The notes under the pieces were generated by a model. The model had not been told where the DNA came from. It searched no databases and saw only the letters and a program-made list of their open reading frames with translations. A stretch of DNA of 60,582 bases, taken from positions 1 to 60,582 of the forward strand of contig JANOAV010000053.1 of assembly GCA_031411295.1 (NCBI GenBank), in the 5' to 3' direction. The translations under genes were made by a program, and so were the position numbers. This document shows, piece after piece, positions 36,493-47,358 of the stretch. How positions within the stretch are numbered: position 1 is the stretch's first letter; each line of letters begins with the position of its first letter. Origin of the DNA: Verrucomicrobiales bacterium (GTDB lineage: Bacteria; Verrucomicrobiota; Verrucomicrobiia; Verrucomicrobiales; V1-33).

Positions 36493-37275
36493 TTACTCCG
36501 GTCGCAACCACTGGGCCAGCGGGCAATCTTTGAGCTGACGAATCCCCATCGCCACGCAGGCGGCATTTAGCTTCGCTCCGGCCTCGGTCGTATGGGTGTG
36601 ATCCGTGGTGGTAAAGTAATCCTCGCCCACCTTTTCGGCTCCCAGTTCATCATATTGATCAGCGATCAATTTGTTCAGCGGCAGGAACTGCGCCTTGCAT
36701 CCCGCGGCCGCCTCTGCCGCCCATTTCCCATAGTCTGCATCCGCCCGACCCACCTTGCCATTGGTCCAAATGTTGCGGGGAATTTGGGAGCAAATGATCG
36801 CCACCGCCCCCTTTGCCTGGGCATCCGTGGCATATTTCCGGAGATACCAACCATGGCTGTGCACCGTTTCTTTGGCTCCCGTTTCCTGAATTGTGACTTC
36901 CTTTTCCTCGTCGCCATTTCCTTTGAGGGACGCCCGGGCTTTTTCCTTATCGATCGGCCCCCTGTCGTTATGTCCAAACTGAATCAGCAGGAAATCTCCA
37001 GCCTGCACATCTCCCAGCACTTTCTCCCAAAGGCCTTCCCGCAGGAAACTCCGACTGCTGCGGCCACCCAGGGCGCGATTCGAAACCGTGACTTTCGTGA
37101 GATCGAGGTGCTCCGCCAGGAATGAGCCCCATCCCATCAACCCCTTGTCACCATTCTTCACGGTGGAATCCCCGATGAGAAAGACCGTGGGTTTACGCGC
37201 CGCATCCGCCGCCACGCAGGGCAGGGCGAAAGCAATCCAAGTGAGACAACAGAGGAGGGAATGGAAAAATTTCAT
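36493..37275 (-). CDS. Rhamnogalacturonan acetylesterase-like SGNH hydrolase (CE12)
   Basis: IGDSTV, GRSSRSF, IQFGHND and DHTH; signal peptide. Confidence 0.92.
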   Translation of the reverse strand: MKFFHSLLCCLTWIAFALPCVAADAARKPTVFLIGDSTVKNGDKGLMGWGSFLAEHLDLTKVTVSNRALGGRSSRSFLREGLWEKVLGDVQAGDFLLIQFGHNDRGPIDKEKARASLKGNGDEEKEVTIQETGAKETVHSHGWYLRKYATDAQAKGAVAIICSQIPRNIWTNGKVGRADADYGKWAAEAAAGCKAQFLPLNKLIADQYDELGAEKVGEDYFTTTDHTHTTEAGAKLNAACVAMGIRQLKDCPLAQWLRPE

Positions 37276-37371
37276 CAACCTAGATCTGACAGGGAAGCGT
37301 CAACTTCGCAAGGGATGGTCGGAGTGACTTTCTAATCTTGAATCTGTCAGAATTCGGACTACCGGAAAGAC

Positions 37372-38643
37372 ATGACCTTCTTCCATCGATTCCATTTTCC
37401 GCTCTGCCTCCTCCTGCTGGCCCTGCCCGCGGTGAGCCACGCTGCGAATGAACCACCAGCAGAGGCGGCGGAAGCAGATGACGGGTATCAGGCCATGGAA
37501 ACGCTCACCAAAGCCATGGAATTGATTCGGCAAAACTATGTGGACGAAAAAAAGGTGGGCTATGAACGACTCGTGGCCAGTGCCTTGCGCGGCATGTTGG
37601 AGGATCTGGACCCCCACTCGCAATACATGTCTCCAGAGGTCTTTGCCCAGCTTAAAGAGTCCCAGGAGGACACCACCGAAGGCATCGGCGTAACCGTGAG
37701 TCCCAAGGGCGAGCGCATGGTCATCGTCTCCGTGCGCGAGGACGGCCCCGCCGCCCGCGGCGGCGTGATGCCAGGAGACGCCGTGGTCCGCGTGGGCGAA
37801 TCCGTGGTCGAGAAATTAAGCTATGGCGAAGTGGTGCGACTCCTGCGGGGCAATCCCGGAGAGTCCTTGAAACTAACCATTTATCGCTCCACCACCAAGG
37901 AAACCAAGGAAATCACCCTGGTGCGCGAAGTCCTGCGCCAGGACAGTGTGCGGGATGCCATGGTGCTGCCAGCATCGCTCACGGGGGAAATGAAGATCGG
38001 CTACGTGCGCCTGCTGCAATTCAATGCCCCCAGCGCCAAGGAACTAACCGATGCCCTGGATGGACTTGAAGAAAAGGGCATCCAAGGATTGATCCTGGAC
38101 CTGAGAAACAACCCCGGCGGCCTGCTTCGCAGTGCGGTGGATATTTGCGGAGAATTTCTCCCCGGGGAGACCACCGTCGTCACCACCGAAACCAGACATC
38201 CAGAGAACAACCCTCCGCCCTTCAAAACCAAAGCCCGGTCACGCCCGCCGCGTTCCTATCCTCTGGTGCTGCTGGTAAACCACGGCAGCGCCAGCGCCTC
38301 CGAGTTAGTAGCAGGAGCCCTGCAGGACCTGAAACGAGCCTTGATCGTAGGCGAAACCACCTTCGGCAAAGGGTCCGTGCAAACCGTGCTGCCAGGAGAG
38401 CGCGGCACCGCCATCCGCATGACCACCGCCAAATATTACACCCCCAGCCATCGCACCATCCACGAAAAAGGCATCACCCCAAACATCATTTCCACCCTAA
38501 CAGCAGAGGAAGAGAAAGCCATCATGGAATGGCGCCGAGACCACCCGGTAGCCAGCGCAGAGCCAACCCAAATCGCCAAGCTAGGCGACAAACAACTCGA
38601 ACGCGCCATCGCCAGCATGAAGGGATTGCTGGTGAAGCAGTAA
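37372..38643 (+). CDS. S41 C-terminal processing protease (CtpA/Prc)
   Basis: LDPHS.Y, PDZ domain, DLRNNPGG, SASASE and TFGKGSVQ. Confidence 0.95.
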   Translation: MTFFHRFHFPLCLLLLALPAVSHAANEPPAEAAEADDGYQAMETLTKAMELIRQNYVDEKKVGYERLVASALRGMLEDLDPHSQYMSPEVFAQLKESQEDTTEGIGVTVSPKGERMVIVSVREDGPAARGGVMPGDAVVRVGESVVEKLSYGEVVRLLRGNPGESLKLTIYRSTTKETKEITLVREVLRQDSVRDAMVLPASLTGEMKIGYVRLLQFNAPSAKELTDALDGLEEKGIQGLILDLRNNPGGLLRSAVDICGEFLPGETTVVTTETRHPENNPPPFKTKARSRPPRSYPLVLLVNHGSASASELVAGALQDLKRALIVGETTFGKGSVQTVLPGERGTAIRMTTAKYYTPSHRTIHEKGITPNIISTLTAEEEKAIMEWRRDHPVASAEPTQIAKLGDKQLERAIASMKGLLVKQ

Positions 38644-38832
38644 CAAAAGCCCGCCACGGGTTGGTTCTTTTGTCTACTCATTCCATTGGTCGCCCGGCAT
38701 GACACGGCGCATAAATTCATCAAAGAGCGGCACCGTGAAGCCCGTGTCACCATGGCTTGGACTTGCTTCAAGTGGGGAATTTAGCAAGTTTACCAAGATT
38801 TAGCAAAATGCACTAAACTTAGGTAAACTTCT

Positions 38833-38985
38833 TCAAACTCGAAACACCTTCATCCCCCAGGTGGTTGATCGCCTTCACGGCATTTTGCCGTTTTTGGGTT
38901 TGTCGAAGGGACGTGAGGTGTCGCTGTTGAGGGTGCCCCAGGCTTCTGGGTTCATTTCGGCTTTGAGGGTGGTTTTGAGGAGTTG
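38833..38985 (-). pseudogene. Frameshifted C-terminal remnant of a type III RM Mod-like DNA methyltransferase
   Basis: LKTTLKAEMNPEAWGTLNSDTSRPFDKPKNGK, then a shift to AVKAINHLGDE, then a shift to VFRV*. Confidence 0.7.
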
Positions 38986-39166
38986 GTTGGATTCGTCGGT
39001 GCGTTCACTGAGGCGGGAAGCAGGGACGATTCCTTTATGCCTCTTTTTGCTGGCTACTGACGCAACTTTCACCTTGCGTGAGCAATCCCCCCCTATCATC
39101 GATAGCCCGCGCGGAAATGATGACCTTGCCGTTGGTTTTCCTCCGTAGTTCAATTCCACACTTTCC

Positions 39167-40909
39167 ATGGCAGAACAAAATCTCTCCTCCTTTATTTGGT
39201 CCGTCGCCGATCTCCTACGGGGCGATTACAAGCAGTCGGAGTATGGCAAAGTGATTCTTCCATTCACCGTCCTGCGTCGTCTGGACTGCGTTTTGGAAGC
39301 GACCAAAGCCGCCGTGCTGAAGGAGAAGACCAAGCGCGAGGCCGCTGGTCTCAACCCTGAGCCGTTCCTGCTGCGCGTCTCCGGCCAGCTTTTCTACAAC
39401 ACCTCGCCACTCGACCTGAAGAAACTCATGGGTGATCAGGATCATGTGGGGGAAAATTTGCGCGCTTACATGCAGGCGTTCTCGCCAGCCGTGCGGGACA
39501 TCTTTGAGCATTTTCAGTTTTACACGCAGATTGAGCGCCTCGCCAAGGCCGGTCTGCTCTACCAAGTCACGGAAAAGTTTGCCAACATCGACCTTCACCC
39601 CAGCACCATCAGCAATGCACAGATGGGCACGGTCTTCGAGGAACTGATCCGCAAGTTTGCCGAGCTTTCCAATGAGACCGCCGGGGAACACTGGACCCCG
39701 CGCGAAGTCATCCGGCTCATGGTGAATCTCCTTTTCATCGAGGATGATGACGCCCTCACCAAACCGGGCGTCGTCCGTTCCATTTACGACCCCACCTTGG
39801 GCACCGGGGGCATGGTCTCCACCGCTGAGGACCACCTTCTCACCCTGAACCCCAGCGCACGACTCGTCATGTTTGGGCAGGAGCTGAACCCCGAGTCCTA
39901 CGCCATCTGCAAGGCGGACATGCTCATTAAGGGGCAGGACATCGCCAACATCATCTTCGGCAATACCCTTTCCGCCGACGGCCTGCTGGGGAAACTCTTC
40001 GATTACATGCTCTCCAATCCGCCCTTCGGCGTGGAGTGGAAGAAAATCGAAGCCATCATCCGCAAGGAATTTTTAGAGCAGGGTTTCGATGGCCGCTTCG
40101 GTCCCGGCCTGCCTCGGGTCAGCGATGGCTCGTTGCTCTTCCTCCTCCATCTCATCTCGAAAATGCGGCCTGCTGTGGATGGCGGTAGCCGCTTCGGCAT
40201 CGTGCTCAATGGCTCCCCGCTCTTCACTGGCGGTGCGGGCAGTGGCGAGAGCGAGATCCGCCGCTACGTGCTGGAGAATGATCTCGTGGAAGCCATTATC
40301 GGCCTGCCCACGGATATGTTTTATAACACCGGCATCAGCACTTACGTCTGGATCGTTAGCAATTGGAAGCCCAAGGCGCGCAAGGGCAAGGTGCAGCTCA
40401 TCGACGCCTCCAGCTTCTGGCAAAAGATGCGCAAAAGCCTCGGCTCAAAACGCAAGGAACTCAGCCCTGCGCACATCGAGGACATTACGCAGATGTTCGG
40501 CAAGTTCAAAGAAATCACCCGCGACGGAGTGCCCATTTCCCGCATCTTCAAAAACGAAGCGTTCGGCTACCGCACCATCACCGTCGAGCGCCCCGAACGG
40601 GATGCAAAAGGCAAGATTGTTCTCAGCACCAAAGGGAAAACCAAGGGCAAACCCGTGCCGGACAGCAGTCTGCGCGACACGGAAAACGTGCCGCTCAGCG
40701 AAGACGTGGACACCTATTTCAAACGCGAAGTCCTCCCCCACGCCGCCGACGCCTGGATCGATCACGAGAAGACCAAGATCGGCTACGAAATCCCCTTCAA
40801 CCGCCACTTCTACGTCTTCCAGCCACCCCGCCCTCTGGCGGAAATTGATGCTGAACTCAAAGGAGTCACAGACCGCATCCTCACCATGATCGGGGGGCTG
40901 ACGAAATGA
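39167..40909 (+). CDS. hsdM: Type I RM modification subunit
   Basis: [36 protein letters not shown] and [11 protein letters not shown]. Confidence 0.97.
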   Translation: MAEQNLSSFIWSVADLLRGDYKQSEYGKVILPFTVLRRLDCVLEATKAAVLKEKTKREAAGLNPEPFLLRVSGQLFYNTSPLDLKKLMGDQDHVGENLRAYMQAFSPAVRDIFEHFQFYTQIERLAKAGLLYQVTEKFANIDLHPSTISNAQMGTVFEELIRKFAELSNETAGEHWTPREVIRLMVNLLFIEDDDALTKPGVVRSIYDPTLGTGGMVSTAEDHLLTLNPSARLVMFGQELNPESYAICKADMLIKGQDIANIIFGNTLSADGLLGKLFDYMLSNPPFGVEWKKIEAIIRKEFLEQGFDGRFGPGLPRVSDGSLLFLLHLISKMRPAVDGGSRFGIVLNGSPLFTGGAGSGESEIRRYVLENDLVEAIIGLPTDMFYNTGISTYVWIVSNWKPKARKGKVQLIDASSFWQKMRKSLGSKRKELSPAHIEDITQMFGKFKEITRDGVPISRIFKNEAFGYRTITVERPERDAKGKIVLSTKGKTKGKPVPDSSLRDTENVPLSEDVDTYFKREVLPHAADAWIDHEKTKIGYEIPFNRHFYVFQPPRPLAEIDAELKGVTDRILTMIGGLTK

Positions 40910-41103
40910 GCTTCCCACCCTTACTTTTCCCGCAGACAGGGCGGATTTTTGCACGGTGTAAGTTTCTGTTTTTCAACAGCTCATGCGGTGGTGACGCGCT
41001 GCTGCGCGTCATTGCTCCTCCCCTTGCAGACACGCGCAGCAGCGCGTTTCCACCTCCGTGCAAAAATCCGCCGTTTCCCGCAGACGATGCCAAAAGAGAG
41101 TTA

Positions 41104-41135
41104 TTGACAGAAAGCTGGAAAGCTGGAAAACTGGA
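41104..41135 (+). promoter_or_regulatory. Promoter/operator of the toxin-antitoxin cassette
   Basis: TTGACA, 17 nt, AAAACT, overlapped by three 8-bp direct repeats GAAAGCTG/GAAAGCTG/GAAAACTG. The ATG follows 6 nt later (leaderless-type). Confidence 0.55.
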
Positions 41136-41138
41136 TCC

Positions 41139-41300
41139 ATGAAACTGACTTTGGATTTACCCAATGATTTGCTGAAGGAACTAAAGATTACCGCGCTCCA
41201 AGAAGGGAAAACGCTGCGGGCGCTGATCGCTGAGAAATTCCGGGCTGCGCTAGGAACCAACCCGCAGACTGAGAGCAATACCAAGAAAAAGCAGCCATGA
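41139..41300 (+). CDS. Small ribbon-helix-helix protein (antitoxin-like DNA-binding domain only)
   Basis: MKLTLDLPNDLLKELKITALQEGKTLRALIAE; 53 aa. Confidence 0.8.
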   Translation: MKLTLDLPNDLLKELKITALQEGKTLRALIAEKFRAALGTNPQTESNTKKKQP

Positions 41301-41620
41301 AGACCACCATCGACCTTCCCACCGATCTCGTCCGCAGCCTGAAGCTCCGTGCGCTGCACGAAGGGAAAACGATTCAGGCACTGGCGGCGGAAATTCTCCG
41401 ACCCGTCTCCGTCGGCAATCGGGCGGCTAGTCGGGTGGCCAGGCCAGGGCGCAAGTTGGTGGCCAAGAATTTGCCCACCATTGCTGCGCGCTTGCTTGAG
41501 GGTGGACCTGTCCTCCCCCAATCCTCCTGGCCTTTAAGCGCCCAAGAAATGAATGATTGGCTGAAGCAGCGTGATTTGGACTTGGAGGCGGAGCATCATG
41601 AAGAAACTGTTGGACGTTAA
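41297..41620 (+). CDS. VapB-like RHH antitoxin
   Basis: MKTTIDLPTDLVRSLKLRALHEGKTIQALAAEIL plus a C-terminal tail overlapping the toxin gene. Confidence 0.85.
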   Translation: MKTTIDLPTDLVRSLKLRALHEGKTIQALAAEILRPVSVGNRAASRVARPGRKLVAKNLPTIAARLLEGGPVLPQSSWPLSAQEMNDWLKQRDLDLEAEHHEETVGR

Positions 41621-42047
41621 TTTGTGGTTGGCGCTCAGCCTACCGCAACATCCGCAGCACGGGGCCGCGCGTGCCTGGTATCAGGCGGAACCGCTGAGGG
41701 CGGGGGATCTGCTGTTCTGCCGCTCCACGGAAATGGGGCTGCTTCGGCTCATTACTCAGCAGAAAGTGATGAACCTCTACGGTCTTACCGCCCTGACAAA
41801 TGCCGAGGCCATCTCCTTTCTGAAGCAAGTTTATCAGGACCCCGCCATCGAGGGTGTGGACGAACCCAGCACCACCCGCCCGCTCTGGCTCAAGACTGCC
41901 AGCACCCCGTGGCCCTCTCCCAACGTCTGGATGGATGGCTATTTGGCAGCCCTCGCCATCAGCCTGGGAGCGGAAATGATCACCTTCGATCAAGGGTTCA
42001 AAAGCTACACCTCGCACGGCCTGAAGCTAGTGCTACTCACCCCATAA
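41598..42047 (+). CDS. vapC: VapC-family PIN-domain ribonuclease toxin
   Basis: LLDVN.W.AL...H..H, W.D.YLAA.A and TFDQGF. Confidence 0.9.
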   Translation: MKKLLDVNLWLALSLPQHPQHGAARAWYQAEPLRAGDLLFCRSTEMGLLRLITQQKVMNLYGLTALTNAEAISFLKQVYQDPAIEGVDEPSTTRPLWLKTASTPWPSPNVWMDGYLAALAISLGAEMITFDQGFKSYTSHGLKLVLLTP

Positions 42048-42372
42048 CTTCCATGCCAGCACAGCCCAAACTACCTGCCAAAACCCAGCGAGTCCATGAT
42101 TCGGCCAACCTATGCGTTGCTTTTCCAAGAATGATGGGCTTGCCGCCTTCAAATCTCAAATACATGCCCTTTTTCGCCCATGACTCGGTTGGGAAATTTG
42201 GGCAGCAGTCTGCTGCCCAATTGCCTTGGTTTCGATACTTTACGCACTGCGTAAAATATTCGCTTACACGCAGCCGCCGCCCGGCTGGCCAAAAGAACGC
42301 CGACCGCTTTGACCTTTGCATCGGCAAGCGGGACACGATTGAAACAATCTCTCGGCAAAAAGGAGCTATCTC

Positions 42373-43710
42373 ATGAGCTTCCCGCGTTATCCAAAATATA
42401 AATCCAGCGGCGTGGAATGGCTGGGCGATGTGCCGGAACATTGGGTTGTGAAGCCGCTTAAAACGGTAGCTTCTTTTAATGACGATGTGCTTCCAGAGTC
42501 CTATGGCGCAGATGAGGAAATCGAATACGTGGATATTGGTAGTGTTTCGCTAGCAGGAGGAATCGAACGCACGGAAACATTAAAGTATGGAAATGCACCA
42601 TCTCGAGCTAGGCGCAGAGTCAGAAATGGAGACGTGATTGCATCGACGGTCCGCACCTACCTAAAAGCCATATCGCCAATTATAGATCCACCCGGGAATA
42701 TGATAGTTTCCACGGGATTTGCTGTGATTCGCCCTAGTGTCGGCTTGATGCCTGCTTTTGCCAAGTTCGCTCTTCAGACTAGTTTCTTTGTCGAGGCGGT
42801 GATTTCTTTGTCCACAGGAGTAAGCTATCCAGCGATCAATGCATCGGAGATGGCGAGAATTTCAATTCCAGTGCCCCCAATCGACCAACAATCCGCCATC
42901 GCCAGCTTCCTGGACCGGGAGACCGCCAAGATAGACGCGCTGGTGGCGGAGCAGAGGCGACTGATGGAACTCCTGAAGGAAAAACGCCAGGCCACCATCT
43001 CCCACGCCGTCACCCGAGGCCTCAACCCCAACACCCCACTGAAGGATTCCGGCATCGAATGGCTCGGAGAAGTGCCTGCGCATTGGAGCGTAATCGCTTT
43101 AAAAAGGATTGCGGAGGTTCATACGGGTGTGGCCAAAGGAAAAGACAACAGTTCTCGGCAAACGATCACGGTTCCATATTTACGCGTCGCTAACGTGCAA
43201 GACGGCTATCTTGACCTTGAAACGGTATCGACCATTGAGATACCGGCTGAAGACTTAGAACGATATTCCCTCAAGGCTGGGGATGTGCTCATGAACGAGG
43301 GGGGCGACTTCGATAAACTGGGGCGTGGTCATATTTGGGAAGGTCAGATAGATCCCTGTATCACTCAGAACCACGTCTTTGCAGTGCGCCCGCGTGCAGT
43401 TTCGTCAAATTGGCTGAATTCAATCACGAGTTCTGACTTTGCACAATTCTATTTCATGACTAGGTCCAAGCAGAGCACGAACCTTGCATCAATCTCTTCT
43501 ACGAATCTCATGGAACTTCCGGTTATTCTCCCGCCAGAGCATGAACAGTTAGAAATACTCTCATTCATCGCGGATCAGACCGCGCATTTCGACACCCTAA
43601 CCACCGAAGCCCAACGAGCGATCGACCTACTACAAGAACGCCGGACCGCCCTCATCTCCGCCGCCGTGACCGGGCAGATTGATGTGCGGGCTGTGACGAC
43701 CACTCCGTAA
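42373..43710 (+). CDS. hsdS: Type I RM specificity subunit
   Basis: MSFPRYPKYK.SGVEWLG.VP.HW, two target recognition domains, conserved repeats PP..EQ..I and ALISAAVTG.IDVR. Confidence 0.96.
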   Translation: MSFPRYPKYKSSGVEWLGDVPEHWVVKPLKTVASFNDDVLPESYGADEEIEYVDIGSVSLAGGIERTETLKYGNAPSRARRRVRNGDVIASTVRTYLKAISPIIDPPGNMIVSTGFAVIRPSVGLMPAFAKFALQTSFFVEAVISLSTGVSYPAINASEMARISIPVPPIDQQSAIASFLDRETAKIDALVAEQRRLMELLKEKRQATISHAVTRGLNPNTPLKDSGIEWLGEVPAHWSVIALKRIAEVHTGVAKGKDNSSRQTITVPYLRVANVQDGYLDLETVSTIEIPAEDLERYSLKAGDVLMNEGGDFDKLGRGHIWEGQIDPCITQNHVFAVRPRAVSSNWLNSITSSDFAQFYFMTRSKQSTNLASISSTNLMELPVILPPEHEQLEILSFIADQTAHFDTLTTEAQRAIDLLQERRTALISAAVTGQIDVRAVTTTP

Positions 43711-43756
43711 AGCAGTCGATTGCCATTTCTAGCTTCTGCCCTAATTTCCCCGCCAC

Positions 43757-45118
43757 ATGAGAATAGACCGCATCAGCATCCACAACTTCAAAGGATTTGA
43801 GGACCGCACCCTGCACTTCCCACGCGCCCGCGCCCTGAACGAAGCTGGGCGGGATAATGGCTCCGTGCATGTGCTGATTGGTGAGAATGGCAGTGGCAAA
43901 ACGACGGCCCTGGACGCATTGGCAGTAGCCATGGGGATCTGGCATGTGGCGTGCACAGGCATCGGGAGTCGTGGGATAGAAACAGATGAGGTGCGGGAGT
44001 TGGTTGAAGGCACCAATGGCCGCGTCTCTTTCACACCTGCCAAGGAGGCGACAATCACGGTGCGGGGGATGCTGGATGGCGCGGTGGTAGGCTGGCAGCG
44101 CTCCCGCAAGGGCCTCCTGAAGCAGAACACAGTGAACTCCCAAGTGGAGGGAATGGCCTACGGCTTGGCGGTGGCCCGCAAGCTGGTGGAAAAAACCCAG
44201 GAAGCAAAATCCACCGCCGTGCTGCCTCTGCTGGCCTACTATGGCGCAGGTCGCCTCTGGCTGGAACCCAACACATCCAAGAAACCGCCGAAGCAGGACA
44301 AGGAGGATTTGCTGCGCTACGCACCGTATCGGGGTTGCCTGGATTCCCGCTGCCGGGCGCGAGATTTAAATCAATGGCTGCTGGCTCATGACTGGGATGC
44401 TTACCAAACCGGTGAGCCGGATCCCGGCTATGAACTGGTGAAGCAGGCGCTCCTAAAGTGCCTCCCGGGCGCAGTGCGCCTGAGGTTCGCCCCGAAGAAG
44501 CAGGAAGTGACGGTGGGCTTTGAGAAGCGGGAGGAGCAGTCGTTTTCTAATTTGAGTGATGGTCAGCGCAACATGTTGGCACTGGTAGGGGATTTGGCGG
44601 TGAAAGCCGTGCGTCTGAACCACGCCCAGTTAGGCGAAAATGTCCTGCAGCAGACTCCCGGCATCGTATTGATCGACGAGATTGACCTTCATTTACATCC
44701 CACTTGGCAGCGGGTGGTGTTGGAGAATCTGCGGACTGTCTTCCCAAACCTGCAATTTATCGCCACCACGCATTCTCCCTTCATTGTGCAGACGCTGCGG
44801 GAAGGGGAACTGGTGATGCTGGAGGGGCATTCCGTAAACCAAACCAACAACCTCGGCATTGAGGACATTTCCAAGGGGCTGATGGGGGTGGAACGTCCGG
44901 AAATTAGCCCTGCTTACCGCCAGCAGGTGGCCGTCGCCAAGGAATTCCTCCTCACCTTGGAAGAGGCTGCGGTGGCCCCAGAGGAAAAACTGCAACAATA
45001 CTTGGATCGCCTGTCTCAAGGGATCGATGAATTTGCCGACAATCCGGCCTACCAAGCATTTCTGGAGCTGAAGCGGGAAGCCAAACTGGGATCCAGAATC
45101 AATCACGGCACACCCTAG
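43757..45118 (+). CDS. ABC-type ATPase, PtuA (Septu)-like, copy 1
   Basis: [34 protein letters not shown] and TTHSP. Confidence 0.88.
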   Translation: MRIDRISIHNFKGFEDRTLHFPRARALNEAGRDNGSVHVLIGENGSGKTTALDALAVAMGIWHVACTGIGSRGIETDEVRELVEGTNGRVSFTPAKEATITVRGMLDGAVVGWQRSRKGLLKQNTVNSQVEGMAYGLAVARKLVEKTQEAKSTAVLPLLAYYGAGRLWLEPNTSKKPPKQDKEDLLRYAPYRGCLDSRCRARDLNQWLLAHDWDAYQTGEPDPGYELVKQALLKCLPGAVRLRFAPKKQEVTVGFEKREEQSFSNLSDGQRNMLALVGDLAVKAVRLNHAQLGENVLQQTPGIVLIDEIDLHLHPTWQRVVLENLRTVFPNLQFIATTHSPFIVQTLREGELVMLEGHSVNQTNNLGIEDISKGLMGVERPEISPAYRQQVAVAKEFLLTLEEAAVAPEEKLQQYLDRLSQGIDEFADNPAYQAFLELKREAKLGSRINHGTP

Positions 45119-45126
45119 GATTCGCA

Positions 45127-45861
45127 ATGAGACCTGTTTCCAAAGGAACCAATCCCATAGCGGGAGACTTCGCAGACTATGAGGATGCCAAACCCTTCCT
45201 GCTTGCCAGATTAGGAAAATATTGTTCTTACTGCGAGCGGATGATAACCACAAATCTGTCCGTGGAGCACATTCAACCAAAGGGAATCCCAAAATATGCT
45301 GCTCTGGAGAAGAATTGGACTAACTTTCTCCTGGCCTGCGTAAACTGCAACAGCACCAAGGGCGATAAGGATGTGGTGCTGGAACAATATTACCTGCCGG
45401 ACCGGGATAACACCTCCGCAGCCTTCGAGTATCTGCCGGACGGAACGGTTCACGCCCGACCCGGAGCCATCATTGGCACGAGGACGCTGAAACTAACAGG
45501 ACTGGATAAGCCCATACGAGAAACCTTTGACGAGAATGGGATGCGGGTTGCCATGGATCGAGTGGCAGACCGCATGACGGTGTGGGGCATCGCACTGGAT
45601 TCCAAGACGGATCTGGCCGCCTCACCCACGGAGGCCATGCGTCGGCAGATTGTGCGCACCGCCATGGGCCACGGCTTCTTTAGCATCTGGCTGAAGGTCT
45701 TTGCAGATGATGCCGGAATGAGGCAAATGCTGATTGATGGCTTCGGCACGGGAGCGGACTACCAAGGATTCTCAGGCACTGCCAAAGATTGCTTCGACCT
45801 GCAAACGCAACCTGTGTCGCCTCGCCCTCCAAACGACCTTGGCGGTGCAGGCAAAATTTAA
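45127..45861 (+). CDS. HNH endonuclease, PtuB (Septu)-like
   Basis: MRPV.KG, YCSYCE, VEHIQPK and NFLLACVNCNSTK. Confidence 0.88.
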   Translation: MRPVSKGTNPIAGDFADYEDAKPFLLARLGKYCSYCERMITTNLSVEHIQPKGIPKYAALEKNWTNFLLACVNCNSTKGDKDVVLEQYYLPDRDNTSAAFEYLPDGTVHARPGAIIGTRTLKLTGLDKPIRETFDENGMRVAMDRVADRMTVWGIALDSKTDLAASPTEAMRRQIVRTAMGHGFFSIWLKVFADDAGMRQMLIDGFGTGADYQGFSGTAKDCFDLQTQPVSPRPPNDLGGAGKI

Positions 45862-45870
45862 CAAACCAGT

Positions 45871-45975
45871 ATGAGCCTTTACCGAATCACTGAAGAAAAA
45901 CTCGAATCCGACCAACGCACGACCTTGGCTGAGGAATGCCTGATGAGCGCAAGGATCTGCAGCGTTTACTGCGGC
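45871..45975 (+). pseudogene. Frameshifted N-terminal remnant of a nuclease-like gene (NucS/DUF91-like)
   Basis: MSLYRITEEKLESDQRTTLAEECL, then a shift to ERKDLQRLLR. Confidence 0.45.
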
Positions 45976-46053
45976 GGGAGGTTCCGCCGAGAGGCGATGA
46001 CCAAAACTTGTGGGTTTGCCAAGCACCATTTCTCCACCTAAGCTAGCCGACGC

Positions 46054-47358
46054 ATGAGAATTAACTCTATCCAAATCGAAAATTTTCGAGGCATCGCACG
46101 CCTTGACCTCGACTTCGATCCTCGTTTCACTCTTCTGGTGGGTGACAATGGCTCGGGGAAGACGTCTATCCTGAGCGCAGTCTCGGTAGCACTGGGTATC
46201 TGGCATTTGAGCGATATCCTGGGCGAGTGGCAGTGGCGAAACATCATGGACCACGAGATACGGGAGGTGCAGGGACTGGATGAGAACGGGGAAACTCAAT
46301 TTGTAGCGACCGGGGCCGTGAGGATAACGGCCACGGGGAGCATCGGAGATCGCCCGCCCGTATCTTGGACCCGCAGCAAACGGGTGAGGGGGGACAAAAC
46401 CCTTAATCAAGGGCATGAAGCGGTGGGCGCTGATATAACTGGCGCAACTGAAGCAAGGGAAAAGGGGCAGGAACCATTACCCTTGCTGGCCTATTATGGG
46501 GCTGGCAGGGCTTGGCTACCCTCCAACGAACGAGCGCTAGCTGATCTGGATGGGGATCTCAGAGCCCGTCGCTCAGATGGATACTACGACTGCCTAGTGG
46601 AGCGCATTCGGATTAAGGATGTATTGAAGTGGTTTTTGCTCCAGGCCTCAAAACGGGATGAGCATGGAAAGTTTAGGCCGGCCTATGACGCAGTGTGTCT
46701 GGCTCTGAAACGTGGCATTCACGGCGTGGAAGAAATCTACTGGGACCACAACAAAGCGGAAGTTGTCGTTCGCATTGGTGGAGTGGCGCAGCATTTCTCC
46801 AACCTCAGTGACGGACAGCGCATGATGGCGGCCACCATCGCTGATATGGCCATACGAGCGGTCACGCTAAATCCTCATTTATTGGGCGATGGTAACGGGC
46901 ATTCTCACCCTGAGGAAGTTCTGAATCAAACGCAGGGAGTTGTGCTCATTGACGAGGTGGATGTGCATTTACATCCCGAATGGCAGCGCTACGTGGTGAA
47001 AGACCTGACGGAGACCTTTCCTAAGGTGCAATTTATCTGCTCGTCCCATTCCCCGCAGGTGGTAGGCGAAACCCCTCCCGCGTCGCTGCGGATCTATCAG
47101 CCGGAATCTAAAAAATGGGAGATTCCAAACCAGAGTTTCGGCATGGATTCCAACTGGATTCTGAAGGTTCACATGGGTGGCAAAGACATGGACCCTGACA
47201 TAAAAGCTGGCATTTTAGCGGTGGAGGACCACGCGGTGCTGGGGGAATTCCCGCAAGCAGAGGCGTTGATTCAAACGCTGCGGCAAAGAGTTGGGAACTC
47301 GGAAGAAATTCAGTTCGCAGCGTCCACTTTAGAACGCCTTAAGCTCATCGAAAAATGA
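46054..47358 (+). CDS. ABC-type ATPase, PtuA (Septu)-like, copy 2
   Basis: [37 protein letters not shown] and SSHSPQ. Confidence 0.88.
   Translation: MRINSIQIENFRGIARLDLDFDPRFTLLVGDNGSGKTSILSAVSVALGIWHLSDILGEWQWRNIMDHEIREVQGLDENGETQFVATGAVRITATGSIGDRPPVSWTRSKRVRGDKTLNQGHEAVGADITGATEAREKGQEPLPLLAYYGAGRAWLPSNERALADLDGDLRARRSDGYYDCLVERIRIKDVLKWFLLQASKRDEHGKFRPAYDAVCLALKRGIHGVEEIYWDHNKAEVVVRIGGVAQHFSNLSDGQRMMAATIADMAIRAVTLNPHLLGDGNGHSHPEEVLNQTQGVVLIDEVDVHLHPEWQRYVVKDLTETFPKVQFICSSHSPQVVGETPPASLRIYQPESKKWEIPNQSFGMDSNWILKVHMGGKDMDPDIKAGILAVEDHAVLGEFPQAEALIQTLRQRVGNSEEIQFAASTLERLKLIEK

Noticed and set aside
42050..42370. Possible GIY-YIG remnant on the minus strand (GMYL...ILGKA)
   Set aside because: The similarity is too short and degenerate to support without a search.
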